Positions 46,986 through 57,203 of a stretch of DNA of 64,000 nt are shown piece by piece. This DNA is from Candidatus Colwellbacteria bacterium (lineage in GTDB: Bacteria > Patescibacteriota > Minisyncoccia > UBA6257 > Colwellbacteraceae): contig JACOXB010000006.1 in NCBI GenBank assembly GCA_016176505.1, forward strand, positions 7,240 through 71,239. Direction: 5' to 3'. How positions within the stretch are numbered: position 1 is the first letter of the stretch; every line of letters starts with the position of its first letter. The notes below the pieces were generated by a model. That model did not search any database and was not told the origin of the DNA. It worked only from the letters and a program-made list of their open reading frames with translations. The position numbers and the translations under genes were made by a program.

Positions 46986-47397
46986 TTTCGGTTTTAATCC
47001 CCTGCCCTAAATCGATTTCGACTTGATGTTCACCAAGCGTTCTCAAGTGGGTAGTTTCGATTTTTAGATTGGCGTCTTTTAGCTCGGGATACTCTTCGAC
47101 TAATCTTTCTCTTATTTCAACATCACTGACTGAACTGAAAACTTCGCCCCGCTCCCCTGTTTTCACCCGGAAATTCAACGGACCGGATTTTTTAATTTGC
47201 TCAAGCCTATTTTTTAGTTCTTCAATCTCTGCGGCTAAAGCTTTTTGCCTAACCTCCAGTTTTTTAATATTTTCTGGCGTGGCTGGATCAACTAATTTTT
47301 GAGGAATCAAAAAATTCCGAGCATAGCCGTCGGATACATTTTTTACATCTCCCTTTCTCCCCAGCGCTTTAATATCTTGGAGCAGAATTACTTTCAC
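46954..47397 (-). CDS. rplI: 50S ribosomal protein L9
   Basis: [13 protein letters not shown]...[11 protein letters not shown]. Confidence 0.95.
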   Translation of the reverse strand: MKVILLQDIKALGRKGDVKNVSDGYARNFLIPQKLVDPATPENIKKLEVRQKALAAEIEELKNRLEQIKKSGPLNFRVKTGERGEVFSSVSDVEIRERLVEEYPELKDANLKIETTHLRTLGEHQVEIDLGQGIKTEITILVESQSL

Positions 47398-48632
47398 CTA
47401 ATTTCTCTTTTGATAAGCTCTATAGCTTTATTGAGTTGGGGGTCTCGGTCAGCGAGAACATCCTCGTCAGTTAAAGTAACTGGATAATCAGGCGCGAGTC
47501 CATTGCCTTCAAGCAGAGTGCCGTCCGCCAAGAGCCAGTTCGCAATCGTGATTTTTAGAGTTGAGCCATCGCTTAATTCCTCAAGTTCCTGGACCGTGCC
47601 TTTGCCGAAAGTTTTTTCACCAACAAGTTCCACACCGCGGTTCACCCGAAGCGAGCCAGCCAGGATTTCAGAGGCAGAAGCTGAACCTTCGTTAACTAAA
47701 ACCACGACCGGAAAATCAGCTAAGAGCCCGTTACCCTTAGCTCGGAAAACTTTTTCTTCACCAGAACTAAATTTCTCAATCACCACTACATCGCCCCGAT
47801 CGAGAAACCAGCCAGCCAAATTAACCGAGACATCAAGATAGCCGCCCGGATTATTTCGCAGATCAAGAACTATGCCTTTACCTCGAGCCCGAAGCCCCTC
47901 GAATACTGCCTGATAAAAAGCCCGAGGGGCATTGCCGCTAAAGCTATAGAGCTTAAGATAAATAATATTCCCCTCTTTCATTTCCCATTCAACCGTGGGG
48001 ATGGTGATGTTTTCCCTCGTAATCTTAAACTCTCTGGGCTCATTCCAGCTTTCGCGGAGAATGGTAAGCGTGACTGAGGTGCCGAGTTCGCCCCGGATCA
48101 GTTTTACCGATTCATCAATAGTTAAATCTCCGGTCGAGCGGCCGTCTACTTCGAGAATTTGATCACCAGGTTGAAGGCCTGCTTTTTCAGCTGGCGAATT
48201 TTTAAGTGGCGCGACAATAATTAGTTGGTCGTCCCGGATATCAATCTCAGCGCCAATACCGCTAAAACTGCCTTTGACATCCTCGTTAAATTTCTCCGAA
48301 TCTTCCGGACTTAGAAAAACGCTGTTCGGATCATCCAGAGCTTCGGTTAAGCCGCGGATAGCTCCGTAAATTAATTCTTGGTCGTCGAGCTCTTCGGCGC
48401 CAATATAGTTTCGTTTAATTGCATCCCAGGCTTCCCAAAAAATACTAAAGTCCGCTGTAACCCCTTCCGGGGTTTCGGCGCCGGAGAGACCCTCGATAGT
48501 AATATTTCTTGTTTGATCAAGCCCGGTTTCGTAGCCAATATAGTAAGAACCGGCCGAAGCGCTGCCGACCGCGAGAGAGAAAATAAGAGCCAAAATCATC
48601 TTTTTATTCTTCTGATTGAGTTTGAACTTCAC
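47394..48632 (-). CDS. Carboxy-terminal processing protease (S41, PDZ)
   Basis: [25 protein letters not shown]; probable GTG start 48632. Confidence 0.9.
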   Translation of the reverse strand: MKFKLNQKNKKMILALIFSLAVGSASAGSYYIGYETGLDQTRNITIEGLSGAETPEGVTADFSIFWEAWDAIKRNYIGAEELDDQELIYGAIRGLTEALDDPNSVFLSPEDSEKFNEDVKGSFSGIGAEIDIRDDQLIIVAPLKNSPAEKAGLQPGDQILEVDGRSTGDLTIDESVKLIRGELGTSVTLTILRESWNEPREFKITRENITIPTVEWEMKEGNIIYLKLYSFSGNAPRAFYQAVFEGLRARGKGIVLDLRNNPGGYLDVSVNLAGWFLDRGDVVVIEKFSSGEEKVFRAKGNGLLADFPVVVLVNEGSASASEILAGSLRVNRGVELVGEKTFGKGTVQELEELSDGSTLKITIANWLLADGTLLEGNGLAPDYPVTLTDEDVLADRDPQLNKAIELIKREIR

Positions 48633-48664
48633 TTGCGGGGTTCTGGTATAATACCAGATAATTG

Positions 48665-48922
48665 ATGGAAGAAGAATACCTTGAGGAGATAAAGCGGCGC
48701 GGGAAGGAATCAAGGGTTTACGAGGAACATCAACTAGTCGGACTGCTTTTGGCTGAGATTCTAGAAGATGAAGAGCATAAATCTCTTTATATGAAACTGG
48801 CCAAGGAGCACGAGACTGATTTTTTGTTTAAACTGGCGAAGTCGGTAGCGGAGCGGAAAAGGGTGAAGAAAAAAGGCGCTTATTTTATGAGGATTTTAAC
48901 CCAAATAGGCAAGAAAAAGTGA
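48665..48922 (+). CDS. Hypothetical protein
   Basis: LYMKLAK...GAYFM; first gene before def and fmt. Confidence 0.7.
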   Translation: MEEEYLEEIKRRGKESRVYEEHQLVGLLLAEILEDEEHKSLYMKLAKEHETDFLFKLAKSVAERKRVKKKGAYFMRILTQIGKKK

Positions 48923-49377
48923 TGGATATTTTAACGATTAGAGATAGAGAAGAGAAAAAATTTCTAGCCAAGAAAGCAGTAGAATTCGATTTTAAAAAAT
49001 TTACTAAAAAGGAGATTGGCGAGTTGATTCGGGAAATGCGCCGAACCATGGACGAGGCTGACGGTACGGGTCTCGCGGCTAATCAGGTCGGGCTTGATTT
49101 TAAAATGTTTGTGGCCAAGTGCGATAATAAATTTTACGCTATTTTTAATCCGGAAATTGTAAGCGCTTCAAAAGTCAAAGCACTTGGAGTCGAGGGGTGT
49201 CTTTCCGTACCCGAGTTTTATCTTGAAATTCCTCGGGCCGAAGAGGTCGTGCTTAAGGGTTTTGATAAGAATGGCAAAAGAATCAAGATTAAAGCTTGGG
49301 GACTTTTAGCCAGAATTTTTCAGCACGAAGTAGACCACCTAAACGGCAAATTGATTAGTGACTACGTCAAAAAATAA
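48922..49377 (+). CDS. def: Peptide deformylase
   Basis: GTGLAANQ, EGCLS, QHEVDH. Confidence 0.95.
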   Translation: MDILTIRDREEKKFLAKKAVEFDFKKFTKKEIGELIREMRRTMDEADGTGLAANQVGLDFKMFVAKCDNKFYAIFNPEIVSASKVKALGVEGCLSVPEFYLEIPRAEEVVLKGFDKNGKRIKIKAWGLLARIFQHEVDHLNGKLISDYVKK

Positions 49378-50233
49378 TTTTGTTTTTTTTGGCACGCCAA
49401 GATTCGCGGCTGTTATTCTTGAGAAACTAATTGCTGGCGGTTGGGCGCCGCAGGCTTTAGTTTGTAATCCAGATCGACCCGTAGGAAGGAAACAAGTAAT
49501 TACTCCGCCGCCGACTAAAACTAGTATCTTGAATCTAGAATCTAGTATTAAGAATGAAATTAAGATTTTTCAGCCGAAGAATAAAAACGAGCTTGTGAGC
49601 ATCAGTGATCAGTTGTTCCAAGAGGCTGATTTTGGTATTTTGGCTGCTTATGGCCAGATTGTGCCGCTCGAGGTTATAAATAAAGCTCGTTTTGGCATTA
49701 TTGGGGTGCACCCCTCGCTTTTACCAAAATTCCGAGGCCCGACCCCTATTCAGTCAGCTATTTTAGAAGGCGAAACTACGACTGGTGCTACGCTGTTTTT
49801 AATGGATGAAAAAGTGGATCATGGTCCGGTAATTAGTAGTAAGGGATTAGTAGTAAGTAGTAAGGATGGTTACGAGACATTGGAAACGAGATTGGCGGAG
49901 TTGGCCGGAGATTTGTTGATTGAAACTTTGCCGAAGTTTGTGAAGGGTGAAATTACTCCCCTGCCCCAGAATGAGGCCGAGGCTACTTATACTAAGAAAT
50001 TTACAACCGAAGATGGTTATATAAATCCGAAAGAACTTCAAGCGGCAACAAGCGGCGCTAATCAAGAAAAAGCAATTGAGATTGAGCGGAAAATCAGAGC
50101 GTTGAATCCTGAACCTGGAGTTTGGACCGAATTGGATGGCGTGAGGACAAAAATCCTTGAAGGCGTTTTAATTGATTCTCGGCTCAAACTTGTTAAAATC
50201 CAGAAGGCCGGAAAGAGGCCAATAACGTTATAA
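49358..50233 (+). CDS. fmt: Methionyl-tRNA formyltransferase
   Basis: FFGTP.F, AAYG, HPSLLPKFRG, D.GP, RALNP.PG. Confidence 0.95.
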   Translation: MTTSKNNFVFFGTPRFAAVILEKLIAGGWAPQALVCNPDRPVGRKQVITPPPTKTSILNLESSIKNEIKIFQPKNKNELVSISDQLFQEADFGILAAYGQIVPLEVINKARFGIIGVHPSLLPKFRGPTPIQSAILEGETTTGATLFLMDEKVDHGPVISSKGLVVSSKDGYETLETRLAELAGDLLIETLPKFVKGEITPLPQNEAEATYTKKFTTEDGYINPKELQAATSGANQEKAIEIERKIRALNPEPGVWTELDGVRTKILEGVLIDSRLKLVKIQKAGKRPITL

Positions 50234-50234
50234 A

Positions 50235-50305
50235 TGCGGGATCGTCTAATGGTAGGACGCCTGACTCTGGATCAGGTAATCTAGGTTCGAATCCTAGTCC
50301 CGCAG
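50235..50305 (+). tRNA. tRNA-Gln(CUG)
   Basis: TGCGGGA...TCCCGCA stem, anticodon loop CT-CTG-GA, GTTCGAATC; CCA not encoded. Confidence 0.95.
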
Positions 50306-50485
50306 CTAATGTAAAACAAGTATACCCTTGCGGTATACTTATTTTACATAAGACTAGGATTCGAACCGAAGGAGGGGTCGGGAGGAAAGTATAAGGTTCC
50401 TCCCGTGTAGGAAAACAGCGAGCGAAGCGAGCGCCAGAAACCGAGGGTGTCTGGGGAGCGAGTGGATATGAGCGACGTTCGACTC

Positions 50486-50547
50486 CCTAGCCCCGCAGCC
50501 AAGTCGTGCTGGCGCGAAGAGCGTATGAGTCTCGTGCGCTCGAGGAG
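50486..50547 (+). repeat. 62-bp direct repeat starting in a tRNA-3'-end-like sequence, copy 1
   Basis: Near-identical copy at 51351-51412. Confidence 0.85.
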
Positions 50548-50569
50548 GGTAGCGTGATACGATTTCTAC

Positions 50570-51337
50570 ATGATGAGCAAGACAATAATACATAAGATTC
50601 CCAACGAGTTTGGCGAGAAGCTAGATGTATTAGTTGAAGGGAATGAGGGTGCCCCAGAAATGCTAGTTTTTGTTCATGGCTATGGGACAGATAAAGACGA
50701 GGGGTTCTCATCCTTTATTGATTTATCTAACGCTTTCAAGGATGAGTACTTAAATATTAGATACGACCAGGCGGGCTACGGAAAGAGTGAGGGAGAGGAT
50801 AAGGCCTTTAATCTTCAAAGGGCTGCGGGAGATCTACGCAGTATTCTCAGATGGGCCAAGGAACAGTATCCAGATAAGAGAGTAAATATCCTAGCGCACT
50901 CCCTGGGTATATTTGCTCCCCTTCTGCTATCACCCGAGGACGTAGAAAGGTTTGGATTTACTAGTATCCCTAATGCAGATACTGAGTATTCAATAGACTT
51001 CCTCCAAAAGAGAATTAAGGCTGCTGGGGGTAGGGTAGATGAAAGTGGGATTAGTGCCTACCCAAGAAGTAAAGGTGCAGTTCAGTTCATAGGGGCTGAG
51101 TTCTGGAAAACGTTGAGGAGCTTAGATCCCGTTAAACTCATTAGTAATTTAGCCAAGACATCTAAAATAGCCATCTTCAGGCCAATGCAGGACGATGTGC
51201 TTGGACTAGATCATTTTGATGAGTACAAGAATATAGAGGGAGTTCAATACACAGAATTGGATGGAGATCATAATTTCACCAAGTTAGAAGATAGAAAAGC
51301 TGCGATAGATGCACTTAGGGAGTTCCTCAAGAAGTGA
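50570..51337 (+). CDS. Alpha/beta hydrolase
   Basis: VHGY, AG.GKSEG, AHSLG, DD, GDHNF. Confidence 0.85.
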   Translation: MMSKTIIHKIPNEFGEKLDVLVEGNEGAPEMLVFVHGYGTDKDEGFSSFIDLSNAFKDEYLNIRYDQAGYGKSEGEDKAFNLQRAAGDLRSILRWAKEQYPDKRVNILAHSLGIFAPLLLSPEDVERFGFTSIPNADTEYSIDFLQKRIKAAGGRVDESGISAYPRSKGAVQFIGAEFWKTLRSLDPVKLISNLAKTSKIAIFRPMQDDVLGLDHFDEYKNIEGVQYTELDGDHNFTKLEDRKAAIDALREFLKK

Positions 51338-51350
51338 GATCGGTTTGATT

Positions 51351-51412
51351 CCTAGACCCCCAGCCAAGTCGTGCTGGCGCGAAGAGCGTATGGGTCTCGG
51401 GCGCTCGAGGAG
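51351..51412 (+). repeat. 62-bp direct repeat, copy 2
   Basis: CCTAGaCCCcCAGCCAAGTCGTGCTGGCGCGAAGAGCGTATG...CTCGAGGAG. Confidence 0.85.
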
Positions 51413-51455
51413 CGTCAAGTCGTGAGCGTTTTTACTACTAAGATATAATTAGCAA

Positions 51456-52058
51456 ATGGAGTACAAAGCTTTAGTCTTCGATTTTTTTGGAGTTCTTTGC
51501 TCTGAAGTAGCACCACCTTGGTTCCACGAGCATTTTCCCAATCGAGGTCATTCCCTTAAGGATGAATTAATGTATCCCGCTGATCGGGGTGAGGTGTCGC
51601 AGGAGAATCTTTTTATACAACTCGCAAAATTGTCTGGTATTTCTGCTAAAGAAATAGAAGAGGATTGGATTAAGCGTGCCGCTATCAATACAGAACTCCT
51701 AAACTTTATTAAAGAATTTAAGAGTCTATATAAATTAGGAATCCTTTCAAATTCTATGTCCCCATATTTTCATACGATTACGGAAGATCTCGGGTTGGAT
51801 GAGATCTTCGATGAGATAATTATTTCGAGCGAGATAGGACATACTAAACCAGAACCAGAAGCATATCAAGCAGTATTAACCAGGCTTAATGTTTTACCTA
51901 GTGAGACATTACTAATTGACGATAATACGCAATACATAAATGGTGCTGGCGAACTAGGAATTGACGGCTATATCTTTATCTCAAATCAAGATTTACAGCT
52001 TGATCTCAAAAATGAATTCAAAGGCTCCAGCTCGAGTAGGTCAGTATCGCCTATATAA
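51456..52058 (+). CDS. HAD-family phosphatase
   Basis: FDFFGVL, LSN, KP.P..Y, IDD. Confidence 0.85.
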   Translation: MEYKALVFDFFGVLCSEVAPPWFHEHFPNRGHSLKDELMYPADRGEVSQENLFIQLAKLSGISAKEIEEDWIKRAAINTELLNFIKEFKSLYKLGILSNSMSPYFHTITEDLGLDEIFDEIIISSEIGHTKPEPEAYQAVLTRLNVLPSETLLIDDNTQYINGAGELGIDGYIFISNQDLQLDLKNEFKGSSSSRSVSPI

Positions 52059-52071
52059 TATTTAAGCGAGC

Positions 52072-52779
52072 ATGGATATACCTTTTCGCTACGCCTACGC
52101 CGCACTAACCATCCCGTTCATTGCAGTCTGGCTGATTCTTTTTATTTTCAGTAAGAATACACGTAAAGAACAGCTAATTTTAAGTTCTCTTTTCGCTCCG
52201 CTCGGGCCTATCAGCGAACTCATTTATTTCCGAGACTATTGGTTGCCCCAAAGCATTTGGCCGTTTTCTTTCGGAACATTCCCGTTCATGATCGAGGATC
52301 TTGTCTTCGCCTTTGTGATCGCGGGCATCGGGGGGGTTATTTATGAAGCCGTATTAAGGAAACGCTTAGCCAGCACAGGGGCTCGATTACCACGCCGGAT
52401 TAGACCGTTTATTATAGCGCTACTCGGTATTGCAACTATGTTTTTTCTTTTAAAGATGGGTATTAATTCCATCTACGCTTCGTCGGCAGCGTTTCTAGTT
52501 ATTGCGTTGCTGATAATAGCTAATCGTAGAGATTTGCTCGCCGATGCCCTGGGAAGCGGAGTTGGCGTTATGCTCATTATGTTTCTGTCTTATTTTTTAC
52601 TTTCTAACGTTATAGTTAAGAATACCGACCAACTGCTGATGCAGGCATGGTTGATTTATGGGGAGCCAATTGCTATACGATTTCTCGGTATCCCTCTAAC
52701 CGAAATGATCTGGGGTTTTACTTGGGGCTTGGTAATCGGACCGCTATATGAGTTTTTGAGAAAAATGCGGGTAGTTTAA
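52072..52779 (+). CDS. Membrane protein with lycopene-cyclase-like domain
   Basis: DYW.P, IED..F, GIP..E..W. Confidence 0.6.
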   Translation: MDIPFRYAYAALTIPFIAVWLILFIFSKNTRKEQLILSSLFAPLGPISELIYFRDYWLPQSIWPFSFGTFPFMIEDLVFAFVIAGIGGVIYEAVLRKRLASTGARLPRRIRPFIIALLGIATMFFLLKMGINSIYASSAAFLVIALLIIANRRDLLADALGSGVGVMLIMFLSYFLLSNVIVKNTDQLLMQAWLIYGEPIAIRFLGIPLTEMIWGFTWGLVIGPLYEFLRKMRVV

Positions 52780-52874
52780 AATTAGGGACACTCGAATTAC
52801 GTAAATAGGTACGTACTTATTTACGTACTAGCGATACAATATACCAGATACTGAATACTAAATACTGATTTATT

Positions 52875-55800
52875 TTATCCCCGGAGTTTCCGGGAGAGAA
52901 GATAGATAAGATACGTAGCGAGCGCGCCTAAAGCGGCACCGACAAGCATGCCGACATAAGTATTCTCAGTGCCGAGCATCAAGGCGCTAAGCATTGTGGC
53001 GAGAAGCGGGGGTAGCGGTTTGGGCAAATCCGAGGTTGTTTCTGGGGCTGGAGCTGGTTCCTCTTCAGCTAATGCCGGTGGAGCAGGTTCTTCACTGGGA
53101 GCGCCTGGGGTTTCAGAGCCTGCAGAGCCTTCTTCAGCTGGAGCAGCAGGCTGCTCTATCGTGATTCCCGGAGTTTCCGGAGGGGTCGGAGTTTCGGCCG
53201 GGATTTCGGTTTCTTCTTGAGGCGCTGGTTCTTCTTCCTCTTCTTCAGGTTCAGCATAAGTGGTATAGGTTACACTCGTCCCTAAAAAACTACCCCCTGA
53301 ACTATGGGTAGCAGCATAGACCGAAGCCTTAGTAGCCGTGAAGGTACAGAGTCCATCGGTTACGACACAGGTGGTCGGCGGGCCAATGCCGTCATTAGTC
53401 CAATCCTCTACTCCGCTTGTAGAGCGAAGAATATCAAGAATTCGGCCGTTCAAATCTACGCCGACAAAAATATTCAGAGTAATGGCTGGGTCAAAAGCAA
53501 GTTCTGTATCAGGCAGGCCCCATTTAAGAGCGCCATCAACTACCACGCCTCCAGCTAAACCAGAAAGGCTGTCGGCCGTGACTGCTTCGCTCACCAGTTC
53601 GCCAATATCGATGTTCTCACCATCGCTCCGAGTGATGACGACGCCGTTCGGTAAAGTGATAGTGCTCATCCCATCGCCTGTCGGGACATTAATTTCCGTC
53701 TCCCCCAAGGTTATAACTGAAGGAGTGGATCCGCTGTTACCGCTCGTGGCGGCGAAATGACCGCCTAAAAGCTCGACAAAGTGAGTGTTGCCGAAATCAA
53801 GGAAGTTCCCGTCTACATCTTGGTTAATTTCGTTCCCGTCAATTAAATCGACGAAAATATCAAAGAAGGAATCGGCCGGATTAGTTCTCTGCCAATTTTC
53901 TTGAGCAGTCTCGTTAAGGTGATAGGTTCCCGGTTCATCAATCGGGAAAGTAAATCGGCCGTCGTCATCCGTTTCTGTTGTCGCGAGAGTCTCGTCATCG
54001 CTATTAAGTAGGTTTATCAGCCAGCCGCCGAGGCCTAATTCTCCTTCATCCCAAATACCATCAACATCAAGATCGTTCCACTTGTAGCCGACTATGGTCG
54101 AAATAGGCGGGGCGGGAATAACTTGATTGCCGAAGTTAACATTGGTTTCGTCGCTGCCGTCTACGATAGAGACTTCCCAGCAGCCGTCCTCAGTATCAGG
54201 AAAAGTTTGAACCCAATCATTCTGAAGGAGTTCGCAAACAAAATAGTTATCATCTTCAAGGTCTTCAAAAGAGTAGAGGCCATCTACGTCCGTAAGCGTC
54301 TCGTCTAGCTGGTCATCGCCGACCCAAAGCTGAATAGTCCAGTCCTCGAGTCCGGGCTCGTCATCATCCCAGATGCCGTCCCCGTTCAGGTCATTAAATT
54401 TAGTCCCGAAAATCGAGCCGAGTTCAGGTTCAACTGGCGGGATAATCACCGGGTTATCATCATTAGTGATCGTACAGGTTTTAGTTTCTCCCAATCCAAC
54501 CGTTACGTTACCGTTTTCGTCACAATCGCCGCTAAAACTGGCCGTATAACCCGGATCGCCATCTTCACTGACGATATAATCCCCAGCATCAACCGTGTTT
54601 TCCTCGCCATTTATTACTTCAGCGTCATCGATAAAGAGGGAGAAGTCATCAGCGGTGAGGTCGCCGTCATCGTCATTTATAACAACTTTCTCGACGATAA
54701 GAGTGCCTGGTTGATCGTCATTGGTGATAACGCAAGTGGCAGTTTCGCCGACGGATAAGAAGACCTCACTGCAGTTATCGTAAGTTGTGCTATAGCCGCC
54801 GACTTCTGGTTCGGTTACAGTGTAGTTCCCGGCATCTAGCGTGAGTTCATTTTCGCCCTCTTCTGGTGAATCCGCCTCCTCGAAGTCTATAGGTTCGCCG
54901 CCGTTTACCTGAAACGAGAAATCTTGGGCCTCAAATGTCCCGCCGTTATCGTTTATAACCAGTTTTTGGATGATAAGCGTTACTGACTCGTCGTCATTCG
55001 TAATAGTACAAGTGGCAGAACCGCCAGCAGGAATATCTAGGTCATCGCAATTATCATATGAAGTGGTATATCCCGGAACCATAGGTTCGGTAATCGTGTA
55101 TGTATCGGGATCGACGCTTAGTTCATTTTCGCCCGTTTCTTCGTCGATTTGTTCGAAGTCTATGGGTTCACCCCCGTTTACTTGGAATGAAAAATCTCCA
55201 GGCTCCAAGGTGCCGCCGTTGTCGTTTATAACCACCTTCTTGACGGTGAGGGTGCCGGTGTCCACGACCGTGACCGAGTTAGTGTTACAGCTGTTATTAT
55301 TGTCAGCCAACTCAGCGACTTTATTACCTGGATCTGCCTTACAGGTTTGATTAGTCCTCGGATTAGTAATGGTTCCGATGGCTGTTGGGTGAACGCCAAC
55401 AGAAAAATCAATATAGGCACCAACTGGGATTGTAATCGTATCCCCCGTATTATTACTGACCTTACAGTTTAGATCTCTATTTTGAGCGCCGGTTTGGTCG
55501 CAGATAATCGATCCGGTGCCGCCTGTACCTGACGTCGTAATGACCGCTGGATCATAATCGTCGACGCCAGTACTCGGCATCTCGTCTTGCAATATCTTCT
55601 CGTTCTTATTAAAGACTGCCTCTGCTGTCCCGACATTTTCAACTCTAACTTTCCAGGTGAAAGTGCCGTTTAACCCAGCCGTTCCATTGACGTTATTCGA
55701 TTTGGTGGCGGTTAAGTCTGGGGCTGAATCAGTAAAACTAGTTTCAGCGAGCCTTTCGCCCGAGAGAGTGCTCGCCACTACGGTATAAAGCGGTCGGTAA

Positions 55801-56441
55801 ACGTCCTCGAGAGTGTATTCGTGGGTGAATGAGCCTTCGGCATTCGCCGTTACCGCGGCGCTTTCTTCGCTAGGAGCAATCTCTTCTGTACCCTCGCCGG
55901 AAATTTTAAGGAGAATGTTTTGAAACGATTGGAAAAATCGGCCTAAAATCGTAACGACTCCGCCAGGATGGTAATCAGTTTCATCGGTTGTGAGGGTTGG
56001 TTCGGATTGGGTTTCCAGCTCTGTCAAAGACGAGCTTTCTTCTGGTGCGCTCGTTTCTGTCTCTGTTGACGAAGACTCGGTCTCGGTTACCTCTGGCTGG
56101 AACTCCGTTTCTTCTACTGCCGTAGACTCCGTTTCGGAGATAGGAGTTGTTTCCGAACCGTTTTCAGCTTCTGGTTCTGGAATGGATTCCGTTTCGGAGA
56201 TAGTTTCTGTTTTCGAAGTTGTTTCTTCGGTTGCCGCAGGACTCGATTCGCTATCGGTTGGTACTTCTGTATCAGTTGTTACGTCTGACGAAGTTTCTGA
56301 AGAAGCAGTTTCTGAAGCGACCGACGCTGTCTCGTCATCGGCATACCCAACTTGGAGCAGCGAGAAATTAGTCGAAAGAGATAAAACAACTACGGTAGCG
56401 AGGAATACCGCGAAAATTGATTGATTTTTGGGCGACTTCAT
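52875..56441 (-). CDS. Large acidic surface protein (Ig/prealbumin-like and SdrD-B-like repeats, C-terminal TM)
   Basis: Signal peptide, S/E/T-rich linker, three K.VINDxxG...C.ITNDD repeats, two K(F/W)NDLxxDGIWD repeats, Pro/Glu linker. Confidence 0.85.
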   Translation of the reverse strand: MKSPKNQSIFAVFLATVVVLSLSTNFSLLQVGYADDETASVASETASSETSSDVTTDTEVPTDSESSPAATEETTSKTETISETESIPEPEAENGSETTPISETESTAVEETEFQPEVTETESSSTETETSAPEESSSLTELETQSEPTLTTDETDYHPGGVVTILGRFFQSFQNILLKISGEGTEEIAPSEESAAVTANAEGSFTHEYTLEDVYRPLYTVVASTLSGERLAETSFTDSAPDLTATKSNNVNGTAGLNGTFTWKVRVENVGTAEAVFNKNEKILQDEMPSTGVDDYDPAVITTSGTGGTGSIICDQTGAQNRDLNCKVSNNTGDTITIPVGAYIDFSVGVHPTAIGTITNPRTNQTCKADPGNKVAELADNNNSCNTNSVTVVDTGTLTVKKVVINDNGGTLEPGDFSFQVNGGEPIDFEQIDEETGENELSVDPDTYTITEPMVPGYTTSYDNCDDLDIPAGGSATCTITNDDESVTLIIQKLVINDNGGTFEAQDFSFQVNGGEPIDFEEADSPEEGENELTLDAGNYTVTEPEVGGYSTTYDNCSEVFLSVGETATCVITNDDQPGTLIVEKVVINDDDGDLTADDFSLFIDDAEVINGEENTVDAGDYIVSEDGDPGYTASFSGDCDENGNVTVGLGETKTCTITNDDNPVIIPPVEPELGSIFGTKFNDLNGDGIWDDDEPGLEDWTIQLWVGDDQLDETLTDVDGLYSFEDLEDDNYFVCELLQNDWVQTFPDTEDGCWEVSIVDGSDETNVNFGNQVIPAPPISTIVGYKWNDLDVDGIWDEGELGLGGWLINLLNSDDETLATTETDDDGRFTFPIDEPGTYHLNETAQENWQRTNPADSFFDIFVDLIDGNEINQDVDGNFLDFGNTHFVELLGGHFAATSGNSGSTPSVITLGETEINVPTGDGMSTITLPNGVVITRSDGENIDIGELVSEAVTADSLSGLAGGVVVDGALKWGLPDTELAFDPAITLNIFVGVDLNGRILDILRSTSGVEDWTNDGIGPPTTCVVTDGLCTFTATKASVYAATHSSGGSFLGTSVTYTTYAEPEEEEEEPAPQEETEIPAETPTPPETPGITIEQPAAPAEEGSAGSETPGAPSEEPAPPALAEEEPAPAPETTSDLPKPLPPLLATMLSALMLGTENTYVGMLVGAALGALATYLIYLLSRKLRG

Positions 56442-56603
56442 GTTTTGTTGGGTTTGGCACTCGCCCTTGATTGCCCCATTATCCCATAAATCGTCGGGGA
56501 AGTCAATGTGCTAATTATAGCACGGGTTGGATGCCTGAGGCCACGGAGTTAATAAATCGGGGATAACGGAAAAGGTTGATTTTATGATGTTAGAATAGAA
56601 GAA

Positions 56604-57092
56604 ATGGAGTTTTTAATCGGGGCTCTCTTAGCTCTTCTTATCTGGCCGGTTTTTTATCGAGGGGCGCCGTTTGTGCCCACGCCTACCCGGACGATCGAAA
56701 AAATGATTGATCTTGCCGAAGTTAAGCCTGGCGAAAAAGCAGTTGATTTGGGTTCAGGCGACGGCCGAATGGTGATTGCCTTAGCTAAGGCTGGTGCCGA
56801 GGCTCACGGGTATGAAGTGAATCCCCTGCTCGTTTTCTGGTCAAGGCGAAAAATTAAACAAGCCGGGCTAAAAAATAAAGCCTTTATCCATCGAAAAAGT
56901 TTTTGGAGTGTAGATCTTTCGGATTTTAACGTCATTACTCTCTACGGCGTGAGCTTAATGATGAAAAGACTAGAAAAGAAGCTGGATCAGGAGTTAAAGG
57001 ATGGCGCCAGAATCGTTTCTTTTGCTTTCGATTTTCCTGTTTGGCGGCCAGAAAAGAAAGAGAACGGAGTGTATCTATACAGAATATTATAA
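56604..57092 (+). CDS. Class I SAM-dependent methyltransferase
   Basis: APFVPT, DLGSGDGR, GYE.NP. Confidence 0.85.
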   Translation: MEFLIGALLALLIWPVFYRGAPFVPTPTRTIEKMIDLAEVKPGEKAVDLGSGDGRMVIALAKAGAEAHGYEVNPLLVFWSRRKIKQAGLKNKAFIHRKSFWSVDLSDFNVITLYGVSLMMKRLEKKLDQELKDGARIVSFAFDFPVWRPEKKENGVYLYRIL

Positions 57093-57129
57093 CATTCCGT
57101 ATAATCACATTATACAGAATGTTATATTA
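57079..57129. repeat. Palindromic repeat family B, long form
   Basis: ACAGAATATTATAACATTCCGTATAATCACATTATACAGAATGTTATATTA; overlaps the MTase stop. Confidence 0.8.
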
Positions 57130-57203
57130 TTATTTTTCTATTCAAAAAGCAGAAGCCTCCAACGAAAACAAAAGGACCCCGACTATAGTCGGGGTCCTTT
57201 TGT

